The notes under the pieces: model-generated
Databases searched by the model: none
Seen by the model: only the letters and a program-made list of their open reading frames with translations
What the model was told of the DNA's origin: nothing
Origin: an uncultured Thermoleophilaceae bacterium
GTDB lineage: Bacteria; Actinomycetota; Thermoleophilia; Solirubrobacterales; Thermoleophilaceae
Assembly (NCBI GenBank): GCA_963825475.1
Contig: CAWGTC010000001.1
Span: 315,742 to 379,741 of the forward strand
Direction of reading: 5' to 3'
DNA: 64,000 nucleotides
Shown: one piece after another, positions 52,411-60,931 of the stretch
How positions within the stretch are numbered: position 1 is the stretch's first letter
Layout of the letters: each line of letters starts with the position of its first letter
Translations under genes and position numbers: made by a program

Positions 52411-54480
52411 ATGCCCGTCGACGAATACGTGGGCGGCCTGGTGTTGTTCGCGATCACCGCGGGATCGGCGCTCGGTACCGCCGCGTTGGTGGTGCGCCGG
52501 CGGCTGGTGCACCTGGCCGGAAGCGAGGCCGTCCTGGCCGGGGCCCTCGTGGCCAGCGCCGTGCTGATCGCGGAGCACCTGCTGCCCGGGCTCGTGGGAC
52601 TGCTGTCGCGCGCGAGCGCGGCCGTGTGCGCGCTCGCCATTCTCACTGCCGCGGCGGTGCTGCTGCCGCGGGCCGGTGCGGGCGGCGGCGAAACGGGGCC
52701 GCCCACCGCCCGGAGCGGGAGGCTCCCGTCGTGGGCGATGGCCGGCGTGGCTCTGGTCCTGCTCGCAAGCGCCACGGCCGCCGCCGTCTGGTCGAGCTCG
52801 GTCACGGCGTCCACGGACGTGGACACGCTCACCTTCCACCTGCCCAACATCGCCCGGTGGATCCAGACGGGCACGTTCTGGCGGGTCGACCAGTTCACGC
52901 CGCTGCTGGCCAACGGCAACTACCCGCACAACGGCGACGTGATCTTCCTCGCCGCGGTTCTGCCTTGGGACAGCGACGCTTTCGTCCGCGCCCTCGGCGT
53001 GCCCTTCGTGGCGGTGGCGGGCCTCTCCGTCTACGCCATCGCCGTGCGCCTCGGCTCGGCGCGCGCCACGGCGGCCCTGTTCGCCACCCTCTTCGCCTCG
53101 ATCCCCATCGTGTCCTACGCCAGCCACGAGGGCGCGAAGACCGATCCGGTGATGCTGGCGTGCTTCGGCGCGGGCCTGCTCTTCATGCTGCGCCACCTCG
53201 AGTCGCGGCGGATGTCGGACCTCGTGCTCGCGGGCCTGGGGCTGGGCCTGGCCTTCGGCACCAAGTGGTACGGGGTGTCGAGCGTGGCGGCCGTCGGCGC
53301 CCTGTGGATCGCCCTGTGGCTGTGGGACCGGCGCCCGACAGGCGAGCTGTTGCGCAGCGCCGGTGTGCTGGCCGGGGTGGGCGCGCTGGCCGGAGGCTTC
53401 TGGCTGCTGCGCAACTGGGTCGAGTCCGGCAACCCGGTGGCTCCCACCCGGGTGGCTGCGGGCGGGCTCGAGATCTTCGATGCCCCGACGGACTTCGTAC
53501 GCGAGTGCGGCGGCTACACGGTGGCCCACTACGTGACCGATCCCGGCATCTGGCGGGAGTACATCCTGCCCGCCTACCGGGTCACGTACGGGCTGCCGGG
53601 CCTGTTGCTCGTGGCCGGCTGGGTACTTGGCGTTGCCGCGCTGGCGCGGGGACGCTCGCCTGTGCCCCGGGCACCGCTGTTCCTTGCCCTTGCGGCGGTG
53701 CTCCTGGCCGTCGTGTACTCCATCACTCCCTACAGCGCGCTGGGCCTCGAGGGCCAGCCCGCCGGAGTCGGGGCCAACACCCGCTGGCTTCTGCCCGCCT
53801 TCCTCGTGGCCGCCCCCCTCGCGGCCTGGGCGGCCACGCAACTGCCCAGGGTCCGGCTGCTGCTCGAACTGGCCGCGGTGGTGGCGGTTGCGGACGGGGT
53901 GCGCCGCGGGTTCTCGGACCCGGCCGGCGAGGTGGCAGTGGCCGGCCTCGCGCTCGCGGCTGCGGCGGGCGCGGTGCGAGCGCTCCGCATGCTCCTGCGC
54001 CGGGCCGGCACGCCCGACCGGGCGGCCTGGGCCGTTGTGGGCGCGGTGGTGGTGGCGGCGCTCGCCGTGGTGGGCCACCAGCGCCAGCAGACCTTCTACG
54101 ACGAGCGCTACCGGGTCACCGATCCCGTGGCGGCCTGGTTCGCCGAACGGGCGCCGACTGATCGCCGCGTGGCCCTGGCCGGCGTGTGGGGCACTCAGGT
54201 GATCTCGCCCGTGCTGCCGGCCTTCGGACCACGGCTCGGCAACGAGGTGGCCTTCGCGGGCGAATACGTGCGGGGACAGCTGCGCGAGTATGAGCGCCGG
54301 TCGGAGTTCCTGGGCGCCGTGGACCGCGGCGGCTACGACCTGCTGGTGGTGGGCCGCGACGGCTACGGCGAGTGCCAGGTGCCGGGGCGAGAGGGCGACG
54401 AGGACGCGTGGGTCCAGGGGGCCGGCTACGAGAAGCTGGCCGAGAGCCGGTATCTCACCCTGTACAGGGTCCCGGCTTAG
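52411..54480 (+). CDS. Integral membrane GT-C-like glycosyltransferase (ArnT/PMT-like) with C-terminal soluble domain
   Basis: 689 aa. It starts immediately after the previous stop. Multiple TM segments are followed by a roughly 150-aa C-terminal domain. Confidence 0.5.
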   Translation: MPVDEYVGGLVLFAITAGSALGTAALVVRRRLVHLAGSEAVLAGALVASAVLIAEHLLPGLVGLLSRASAAVCALAILTAAAVLLPRAGAGGGETGPPTARSGRLPSWAMAGVALVLLASATAAAVWSSSVTASTDVDTLTFHLPNIARWIQTGTFWRVDQFTPLLANGNYPHNGDVIFLAAVLPWDSDAFVRALGVPFVAVAGLSVYAIAVRLGSARATAALFATLFASIPIVSYASHEGAKTDPVMLACFGAGLLFMLRHLESRRMSDLVLAGLGLGLAFGTKWYGVSSVAAVGALWIALWLWDRRPTGELLRSAGVLAGVGALAGGFWLLRNWVESGNPVAPTRVAAGGLEIFDAPTDFVRECGGYTVAHYVTDPGIWREYILPAYRVTYGLPGLLLVAGWVLGVAALARGRSPVPRAPLFLALAAVLLAVVYSITPYSALGLEGQPAGVGANTRWLLPAFLVAAPLAAWAATQLPRVRLLLELAAVVAVADGVRRGFSDPAGEVAVAGLALAAAAGAVRALRMLLRRAGTPDRAAWAVVGAVVVAALAVVGHQRQQTFYDERYRVTDPVAAWFAERAPTDRRVALAGVWGTQVISPVLPAFGPRLGNEVAFAGEYVRGQLREYERRSEFLGAVDRGGYDLLVVGRDGYGECQVPGREGDEDAWVQGAGYEKLAESRYLTLYRVPA

Positions 54481-55472
54481 AGCCAGCCACGCATGCGGAA
54501 GAAGCCGAGCATGCTGGCGAGCAGCACCACCATCGCGGCGACGATCGCCCAGAAGGCCGCGGTGCCGCCCTCGCCGGGAACGCCGACGTTCATCCCCCAG
54601 ATGCTGGCGATCAGCGTGAGGGGCAGGATCACCACGCTGAAGGCGGTGAGCACCCGCAGCACGTCGTTCACCCGGTGCGCGAGCACGGACTCGTTGGTGT
54701 CCTCGAGCGCCTCGATCACCTCCTTGTAGTTCTCGAGCATGTCCCAGATGCGCTCGGAGGCGTCGACGATGTCGTCGAAGTAGATGTCGATGTCCTCCGC
54801 CATGTAGCGCTGCTTGGTGCGCTCGAGATCGCGCAGCACCGGCCGCTGCGGGCGGATGATCTTGCGGAAGTTGATGATCTCCTGCTTGGCGTTGGAGATG
54901 TCGCGCACGACCTCCTCCGAGCGCCCCAGGAAGATGTCCTCCTCGATCCGCTCGAGCTTGTTGCCCATCTTGCGCAGCATCGGGAAGCAGTAGTCGAACG
55001 AGTCGTCGACGATCTTGTAGAGCAGGTAGCCGGGTCCCTTGGAGAGCAGGGCGTCGCGCATCTCCTCCGACGCGCTGCAGCGCTCGAACAGGTAGTCCAC
55101 CGGCGGAATCGGCCGGTTGGGCAGCGTGATCAGGAAGTCCGGCCCGACGAAGATGTCCAGCTCGGCCGCGTTGAGCCGGCCCACCGCCTTGTCGAATACC
55201 GGGAAGTGGAGGACGATGAACAGGTAGTCGTCGTACTCGTCGATCTTCGGGCGCTGGTTGCGCGAGGTCACGTCCTCGTAGTCGAGGGGATGGAACTCGA
55301 AGTGCTCCTCGAGCCATGCGCGGTCGATAGGGCCGGGCCGCTCGATGTTGATCCACCGGAGGCCGTGGGCCTCGATGGTCTCTACGTTGGGCTCAGGAGC
55401 GGCGTGAGCGGGATCCGCGTCGGACCCGACGCGCGGGCCCTTGCGAAGGCGTGGACGTGGAATGCTCGGCAT
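54477..55472 (-). CDS. corA: CorA-family magnesium/cobalt transporter
   Basis: 331 aa with two C-terminal TM helices and the GMN signature (LIASIWGMNVGVPGEG). Confidence 0.9.
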   Translation of the reverse strand: MPSIPRPRLRKGPRVGSDADPAHAAPEPNVETIEAHGLRWINIERPGPIDRAWLEEHFEFHPLDYEDVTSRNQRPKIDEYDDYLFIVLHFPVFDKAVGRLNAAELDIFVGPDFLITLPNRPIPPVDYLFERCSASEEMRDALLSKGPGYLLYKIVDDSFDYCFPMLRKMGNKLERIEEDIFLGRSEEVVRDISNAKQEIINFRKIIRPQRPVLRDLERTKQRYMAEDIDIYFDDIVDASERIWDMLENYKEVIEALEDTNESVLAHRVNDVLRVLTAFSVVILPLTLIASIWGMNVGVPGEGGTAAFWAIVAAMVVLLASMLGFFRMRGWL

Positions 55473-55513
55473 CGGCTATCAGCGGGTCGTCGTCGGGCTC
55501 CTGCATCACCCTC

Positions 55514-56845
55514 ATGGTACTTCGACGCCGCGGCTTTCTCTCCCGCCTCCGGTCGCCGGTAGTGTGGCCCTCCGTGCGGCGCAAGGTGCTGGCGGTGGCG
55601 GTGATCCTGGTCGTGGCCCTGGCGGCACGGCTGCTCGTGGTGGCGGCTACGCCGGACTACGCGCCCGGGACCGATCCCGCGGATCTCGACCGGATCGCCA
55701 TCTCGATCTCTGAGGGCGACGGGTTTCCGGACAGCAGCGTGGCGCCCGGGCCCACGGCGCTGCGGCCGCCGCTTTTTCCCACGTTTCTCGCGGCGGTCTA
55801 CAAGGCCACCGGCCGGCGCTACACCGCGGGCCGCATCGCGCAGGCGGTCCTGGGAGTCCTCACGGTAGCCCTGCTCGGTCTGCTGGCGCTGCGCCTGTGG
55901 GGCACGCGGGCGGCTCTCGCGGCGATGGCGCTGGCGGCGGTGTACCCGCCGTTCCTCGTTCTGTCCGGCTCGCTGCTAACGGAGAACCTGTTCCTGCCGC
56001 TGGTGCTGGCGGCACTGCTGGCTGCGCTGCGGGCCGGGGAGGACAGGGCGGGGCGCCTGCGCTGGGCGTTCGCGGCCGGGGGGCTGGCGGGCCTGGCGGT
56101 GCTCACCCGCGCCAACGGCGCGCTCGTGCTCATACCCCTCGTGTTGGCGGTCTGGGGTGTCCCGCGGCTGTCGCGGCGCGCTCTCGCCGCTCCCGCCGCG
56201 GTGGTGGTCGCCGCCGTGCTCACCGTTGCGCCCTGGACCGTGCGCAACGCGGTGGTGTTCGACGCCATCGTGCCGGTGAGCACCCAGGCGGGCTTCACCG
56301 CCGCCGGCACCTACAACGACTACACGCGATCGCAGGACGAGTACCCGGGGGCGTGGCGCCCACCAACCCTGGACGCCGAGCTCGGGCCGTTGTTCTCGTC
56401 GGGCCTCGACGAGGCCGAGCTGGAGTCGCGGCTCTCCGGGGAGGCGATCTCCTACGCCCTCGACCACCCGGGCTACGTGGCCCGGGCCGCCTTCTGGAAC
56501 GCCATGCGCATGTTCCATCTCGGCGGCTGGGAGTACGACCGGGCGATCGCCGGGGACCGCGGCGGGCCCGAGCTGCCCGTAGCCGGCTTCATCGCCTTCT
56601 ATGTCGTCGTCGCGCTCGCCCTCGCAGGCGCGCTCACGCCGGAGGCCCGCCGAGCTCCGCGATGGCTCTGGCTGACACCTGCCCTGTTCGGCTCGGTCGT
56701 GCTGATCGCGGGCTTCGTGCGCTACCGCGCCCCGATCGACCTGTTCATCTTGCTGCTCGCGTCGCTCGCCGTGGCGCGGCTCGGCGGGCGGCTAAGACCT
56801 CGTGGCAGCGACGAGGTAGTGCGGGTAGGGCCCGAAGCGGTGTAG
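55514..56845 (+). CDS. GT-C membrane glycosyltransferase (ArnT / dolichyl-phosphate-mannose-protein mannosyltransferase family)
   Basis: The start is trimmed to ATG 55514. The loop AATPDYAPGTDPADLDRIAISISEGDGF after TM1, PPLFPTFLAAVY and about 11 TM segments are typical of the GT39/GT83-like family. Confidence 0.65.
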   Translation: MVLRRRGFLSRLRSPVVWPSVRRKVLAVAVILVVALAARLLVVAATPDYAPGTDPADLDRIAISISEGDGFPDSSVAPGPTALRPPLFPTFLAAVYKATGRRYTAGRIAQAVLGVLTVALLGLLALRLWGTRAALAAMALAAVYPPFLVLSGSLLTENLFLPLVLAALLAALRAGEDRAGRLRWAFAAGGLAGLAVLTRANGALVLIPLVLAVWGVPRLSRRALAAPAAVVVAAVLTVAPWTVRNAVVFDAIVPVSTQAGFTAAGTYNDYTRSQDEYPGAWRPPTLDAELGPLFSSGLDEAELESRLSGEAISYALDHPGYVARAAFWNAMRMFHLGGWEYDRAIAGDRGGPELPVAGFIAFYVVVALALAGALTPEARRAPRWLWLTPALFGSVVLIAGFVRYRAPIDLFILLLASLAVARLGGRLRPRGSDEVVRVGPEAV

Positions 56846-57445
56846 GGGCCGGGGAACGCCCGGCTCGAGACCCGCCTCCGACAGCATCCGCGCGGCCTCC
56901 TCCCTCGAGCGGCAGTGGATCGGATCAGGACCCGCGACCAGGCGGTCGTGACCGCGGTTGAAGAGGTACTTCCATCGCGGCTCGACGTCGATGTCCTTGA
57001 GCAGCAGCGTCCCTCCGGGCGCCAGGCGCCCAGCCAGAGCGGCCAGCATCGCGGCCTGCCCTTCGGCCGGCACGTGGTGGAGCAGGTCGATGGCCAGCAC
57101 AGCGTCGAAGAGGGCCCCGGTGCTGTTCATCTGCGTCACGTCGGCTTCGGAGACGTCCACCCGGGGGGAGCGCCCGGCCGTGGCGCGGGCCACCCGCACC
57201 CGGCCGCCGTCGATGTCCATGCCCTCGACGGTCACATGCGGGTTGATCTCCGCCAGGTAACGCTCGAGCACCGCGAAGCCGCATCCCACCGAGAGCACCC
57301 GTCCGCGCAGCCCGCGCAGCTCCGGGTCCAGGGCGCCGAGTGGCGCCACCGCCACGCGGGCGGCCACGAACGCGCGGCTTGACGCGCCGGTGCCGCGGTA
57401 GGTGGCCAGCGTGCGGCGCAGGGCCCCGACGTCCACGGCCATCAC
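56792..57445 (-). CDS. Class I SAM-dependent methyltransferase
   Basis: RVLSVGCGFAVLERYL (motif I) and LAPGGTLLLKD. Its start overlaps the stop of the upstream UbiA-family gene by 4 nt. Confidence 0.75.
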   Translation of the reverse strand: MMAVDVGALRRTLATYRGTGASSRAFVAARVAVAPLGALDPELRGLRGRVLSVGCGFAVLERYLAEINPHVTVEGMDIDGGRVRVARATAGRSPRVDVSEADVTQMNSTGALFDAVLAIDLLHHVPAEGQAAMLAALAGRLAPGGTLLLKDIDVEPRWKYLFNRGHDRLVAGPDPIHCRSREEAARMLSEAGLEPGVPRPLHRFGPYPHYLVAATRS

Positions 57446-58344
57446 AGGTAGAGCAGCACGAGCACGGTGGCCACCCAGGCCGTCACCGCACCGATCATGC
57501 CCGGGTCGCTGCGCAGCAGGGTCGGCGCGCCGCGCGGGTCCTCGCGGTCATAGACGAGATACAGGTAGCGGAAGATCCCGTACAGCACCATCGGCGCGGT
57601 GAACAGCATCTCGTCGCCCACGATCGGCGACTCCGTGGCGTAGATCGCATAGGAGATCACCGTGCCGGCGGTGACCAGCGACACCATCTGGTCGAGGAAG
57701 GGAAGCGAATAGTGCTCGAGCACGGGCCGGCTGTCGCGCCCGCTGTGCATTTCGCTCACGGCCTCCTGGCGGCGCTTGGTGAAGCTCAGAAACAACGCCA
57801 GCATCGCCGTGCACACGATGAGCCACTCCGACGCCGTCACATCGGCGGACACCGTGCCACCGAGCACACGCAGGAGGAAGCATCCGGCGATGGCCATCGA
57901 GTCGAGGATCACCATGCGCTTGAGCACCACGGTGTACGCGGCCGTGAGCGCAAGGTACGCGGCCACCGCGGCCGCGAGCTCGGGGGCCACCGCAAAGGCG
58001 CCGGCGAGGGCCGCGATTCCCAGCACCGCAGCCACGACGGCCGCGGTGCCCACGTCGAGCGCGCCGGCGGCGATCGGCCGCGTGCGCTTGACCGGGTGAG
58101 CACGGTCGAGAGCGGCGTCGCGGATGTCGTTGAGCAGGTAGCCGGCGCTCGCCGCGGCACAGAAGCAGACGAAGGCGATCGTGGTGTCCACCACGGCTCC
58201 CGTCTCGTCGAAGCGCCCCGAGAACAGCAGCGGCGCCAGCACGAACCCGTTCTTGATCCACTCGAGCGGGCGGAGCGCCGTCCAGACGGCCGAGATCTTC
58301 CCGCGCCCCGTCTCCGGGGTGCCCTGTCGAGCAGCCGATGCCAA
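57442..58344 (-). CDS. UbiA-family prenyl-phosphate phosphoribosyltransferase-like (decaprenyl-phosphate 5-phosphoribosyltransferase type)
   Basis: LRPLEWIKNGFVLAPLLFSG and AGYLLNDIRDAALDRAHPVKRTRPIAAG (NDxxD motif). I prefer the TTG start at 58344 because the 58452 ATG would overlap the SAM riboswitch on the other strand. Confidence 0.7.
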   Translation of the reverse strand: MASAARQGTPETGRGKISAVWTALRPLEWIKNGFVLAPLLFSGRFDETGAVVDTTIAFVCFCAAASAGYLLNDIRDAALDRAHPVKRTRPIAAGALDVGTAAVVAAVLGIAALAGAFAVAPELAAAVAAYLALTAAYTVVLKRMVILDSMAIAGCFLLRVLGGTVSADVTASEWLIVCTAMLALFLSFTKRRQEAVSEMHSGRDSRPVLEHYSLPFLDQMVSLVTAGTVISYAIYATESPIVGDEMLFTAPMVLYGIFRYLYLVYDREDPRGAPTLLRSDPGMIGAVTAWVATVLVLLYL

Positions 58345-58407
58345 CCCGCCGAGACTACTTGCAAGCGCCCGGGAGATCGCTATTGTCCCTGTCTGACATA
58401 GCCGTAC

Positions 58408-58584
58408 GCATCTAGAGGGGTGGAGGGAAATGGCCCGACGAAGCCCCGGCAACCATCCGACGCGACCTGGTCGCGGAGGAAAGGTGCCAAGTCCATCAGG
58501 TCTCGTACAGACCTGACAGATGTGGCGAAGCTCCTCAGATCAGAGCCTCCGTCACAGCGCAAGCGGCGGAGGTTCTTCGATTTT
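58408..58584 (+). promoter_or_regulatory. SAM-I (S-box) riboswitch with terminator-like expression platform
   Basis: catcTAGAGGGGTGGAGGGAAATGGCCCGACGAAGCCCCGGCAACC...AGGTGCCAAGTCC...GACAGATG matches the conserved SAM-I core. P1 pairs catct (58410-14) with agatg (58518-22). A hairpin gcctccg...cggaggt (58545-58571) is followed by ttcttcgatttt, then the AAGGAG RBS and ATG 58598. Confidence 0.8.
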
Positions 58585-58597
58585 AAGGAGTCGGGTT

Positions 58598-59833
58598 ATG
58601 GCGGCGGTACAAGCTCTCAAGTGCAAGGAATGCGGTGCGACGTATGCCCTGGAGGCGCGTCACGCCTGCGACGAATGCTTCGGTCCGCTGGAGGTCACGT
58701 ACGACTTCTCGGGACTCGATGCGGAGGCCACCAAGCGGCGGATCCAGGCCGGTCCGGCCTCGATGTGGCGGTATGCGGACTTCCTGCCGTTCGAGCACGC
58801 CCCGCGCACCGCGCTGGCGGCCGGAGTGTCCCCGCTGATCCGTGCCGACCGGCTGGCCGAACGGCTCGGCCTCGGCGAGGTGTGGGTCAAGAACGAGACC
58901 TCCAACCCCACCCACTCGTTCAAGGACCGGGTGGTCACGGTGGCGCTGGCCAAGGCCCAGGAGCTGGGGTACGAGGTGGTGGCCTGCGCCTCGACCGGCA
59001 ACCTGGCCAACGCCGTTGCCGCCCATGCCGCCGCGGCCGGGCTGGAGTCCTACGTGTTCGTACCGGCCGACCTCGAGGAGCAGAAGATCCTGGCCACCGG
59101 CGTGTACGGCACCAACCTGGTAGGCGTGAAGGGCAGCTACGACGACGTGAACCGGCTCTGCAGCGAGCTGGCGGGCGAACGCGACTGGGGCTTCGTGAAC
59201 GTGAACGTGCGGCCCTACTACGCCGAGGGCTCGAAGACACTGGCCTACGAGGTGGCGGAGCAGCTGGGCTTCGAGCTGCCCGACCGCGTGGTCTGTCCCG
59301 TGGCCTCGGGCTCGCTGTTCACCAAGATCGCGCGGGGCTTCGAGGAGTGGCAGGAGGTGGGCCTGGTGGAGGGTGAGCTGCCCACGTTCAACGGCGCACA
59401 GGCCGAGGGCTGCTCCCCCGTGGCCCAGGCCTACGCGGACGGCCGCGACGTGTGCAAGCCGGTCAAGCCGTCCACGATCGCGAAGTCGCTGGCGATCGGC
59501 GACCCGGCCGACGGGCCCTACGCGCTCGACCTGGCGCGGCGCACCGGCGGGGCCATCGACTCCGTGACCGACCACGAGATCCGCGCGGCCATCCGGCTGC
59601 TGGCGGAGACCACCGGCGTGTTCACCGAGACGGCCGGCGGCGTGACCACCGCGGTGCTGGCCAAGCTGGCCGAGCGCGGGGACATCGACGCCGGCGAGCG
59701 GGTCGTGCTGGTGATCACCGGCGAGGGCCTCAAGACCCTCGACGCGGTGCGCGGCAGCTTCGAGACCCGCGTGATCGAGCCCACGACGGCGGCCTTCGGG
59801 GACGCCTTCGGCCGCCAAGCCGTGGCCTCTTGA
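58598..59833 (+). CDS. Threonine-synthase-like PLP enzyme with N-terminal zinc ribbon (possible homocysteine synthase)
   Basis: MAAVQALKCKECG...CDEC, PLP lysine block NPTHSFKDRV, and GNLANAVAAHAA. AAGGAG lies 9 nt upstream. Confidence 0.8.
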   Translation: MAAVQALKCKECGATYALEARHACDECFGPLEVTYDFSGLDAEATKRRIQAGPASMWRYADFLPFEHAPRTALAAGVSPLIRADRLAERLGLGEVWVKNETSNPTHSFKDRVVTVALAKAQELGYEVVACASTGNLANAVAAHAAAAGLESYVFVPADLEEQKILATGVYGTNLVGVKGSYDDVNRLCSELAGERDWGFVNVNVRPYYAEGSKTLAYEVAEQLGFELPDRVVCPVASGSLFTKIARGFEEWQEVGLVEGELPTFNGAQAEGCSPVAQAYADGRDVCKPVKPSTIAKSLAIGDPADGPYALDLARRTGGAIDSVTDHEIRAAIRLLAETTGVFTETAGGVTTAVLAKLAERGDIDAGERVVLVITGEGLKTLDAVRGSFETRVIEPTTAAFGDAFGRQAVAS

Positions 59834-59909
59834 CCGGCCGGCCCTTCAGCCGCGGGGGGTCGCACGGCGGGGGCGGTGCCCCGCCTGCGACGAGTACACT
59901 GCCGCGCCC

Positions 59910-60185
59910 ATGAGCGTCATGGTCAAGATCCCGACGCAGTTGCGCAACGTCACCGCGGGCGACGCCGAGACCACCGTGGACGGGGCGACCACCGTCGGCG
60001 AGGTGCTCGACGGCCTGTATGACCGCTACGACGGCCTGCGCGACCGCATCGCCGAGGACGGCGACCTGCGCCGCTTCGTGAACGTGTACGTGGGCGGTGA
60101 GGACATCCGCTTCCTCGACGGTCTGGACACGTCGGTCGAGGACGGCGACGAGGTCACGATCCTCCCCGCAGTCGCCGGCGGCTGA
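59910..60185 (+). CDS. MoaD/ThiS-family sulfur-carrier protein
   Basis: 91 aa with a beta-grasp pattern and a C-terminal ...EVTILPAVAGG* diglycine. Confidence 0.8.
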   Translation: MSVMVKIPTQLRNVTAGDAETTVDGATTVGEVLDGLYDRYDGLRDRIAEDGDLRRFVNVYVGGEDIRFLDGLDTSVEDGDEVTILPAVAGG

Positions 60186-60187
60186 AC

Positions 60188-60889
60188 TCAGCTTCGGCGG
60201 CGGGTCAGCACGAAGCAGAGCTGCGTGCCCTCCCCGGCCACGCGCTCCACTTCCATGCCGCCCTCACCCGCGGCCGTGCGGAGCTCGCCCAGGTCGATGG
60301 CGGACCCGAGCCAGGCGGGGTCGGCCTGACCGCGGGGCCCGCGGCCGGTCAGCGCGCGCAGGGCGATGCCGACGCCCTCCCGTCCGGTGCGCCGGCGGTG
60401 GATATAGGGCGCGTTGGAGACCTGGAAGGCCGCCCACCCGCCCGGCCTGAGCACGCGGCCGATCTCGCGCACGTAGCCCAGCGTGACGGCCGGTTGCGGG
60501 ATGTGCTGAAAGACCACGTGAGAGATGCACACATCCGCGCTGGAGTCGTCAACGCCCGCCAGCGACACCCCGTCGCCCAGCAGCCAGTCGACCCCGTCCA
60601 GGCCGCGGCCGTGGTCGCGGGCCAGCTCGAGCATCCGGGGGGAGACGTCGAGGGCGCGAACGCCGCCACCGCGGCGGGCGAGCACGCGGGTCATCCGGCC
60701 AACCCCGCAGCCGATCTCGACGATGTCGTCGGAGGGCTCGATCGTGGCCCCCACGGCATCGAGGAGCATGTCCAGCTCCTCCTCGCCGCGGGCCCAGAAG
60801 ACTTCGGGGTCGGACCGCTGGTAGCTGAGCTTGTTGTCGACGAAGTACATGGCGTTCTCCGCCGCGCGCCGATCCCAGAACTCCCGCAT
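60188..60889 (-). CDS. Class I SAM-dependent methyltransferase (paralogue of 32121-32816)
   Basis: ATG 60889: MREFWDRRAAENAMYFVDN...IVEIGCGVGRMT...VVFQHIPQP. The track ORF 60188..61513 is trimmed. Confidence 0.8.
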   Translation of the reverse strand: MREFWDRRAAENAMYFVDNKLSYQRSDPEVFWARGEEELDMLLDAVGATIEPSDDIVEIGCGVGRMTRVLARRGGGVRALDVSPRMLELARDHGRGLDGVDWLLGDGVSLAGVDDSSADVCISHVVFQHIPQPAVTLGYVREIGRVLRPGGWAAFQVSNAPYIHRRRTGREGVGIALRALTGRGPRGQADPAWLGSAIDLGELRTAAGEGGMEVERVAGEGTQLCFVLTRRRS

Positions 60890-60931
60890 GCCAGTCTGCG
60901 CCACGGGCGCAACTGTAGTGTTCGCGCCACC

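Noticed and set aside
51223-55356. 1377-aa minus-strand ORF, the longest in the track
   Set aside because: It runs antisense to three well-supported plus-strand genes and shares the minus strand with the in-frame-distinct CorA gene. Its composition is Arg/Gly/His/Pro/Gln-rich with no recognisable domain. That is typical of an open off-frame in 70% GC DNA.
58345-58452. Longer N-terminus (ATG 58452) for the UbiA-family gene
   Set aside because: The extra 36 residues are not hydrophobic or conserved-looking, and they would overlap the SAM-I aptamer on the opposite strand. TTG 58344 gives a family-typical length of about 300 aa. It remains possible.
60398-60931. First 178 codons of the 490-aa plus ORF, and the minus ORF extension 60890..61513
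   Set aside because: Each is antisense to the other gene's real coding part. The methyltransferase starts at ATG 60889 (MREFWDRR, matching its paralogue) and the GT2 starts at GTG 60932/60938 (VSVIVPARD, matching its paralogues).
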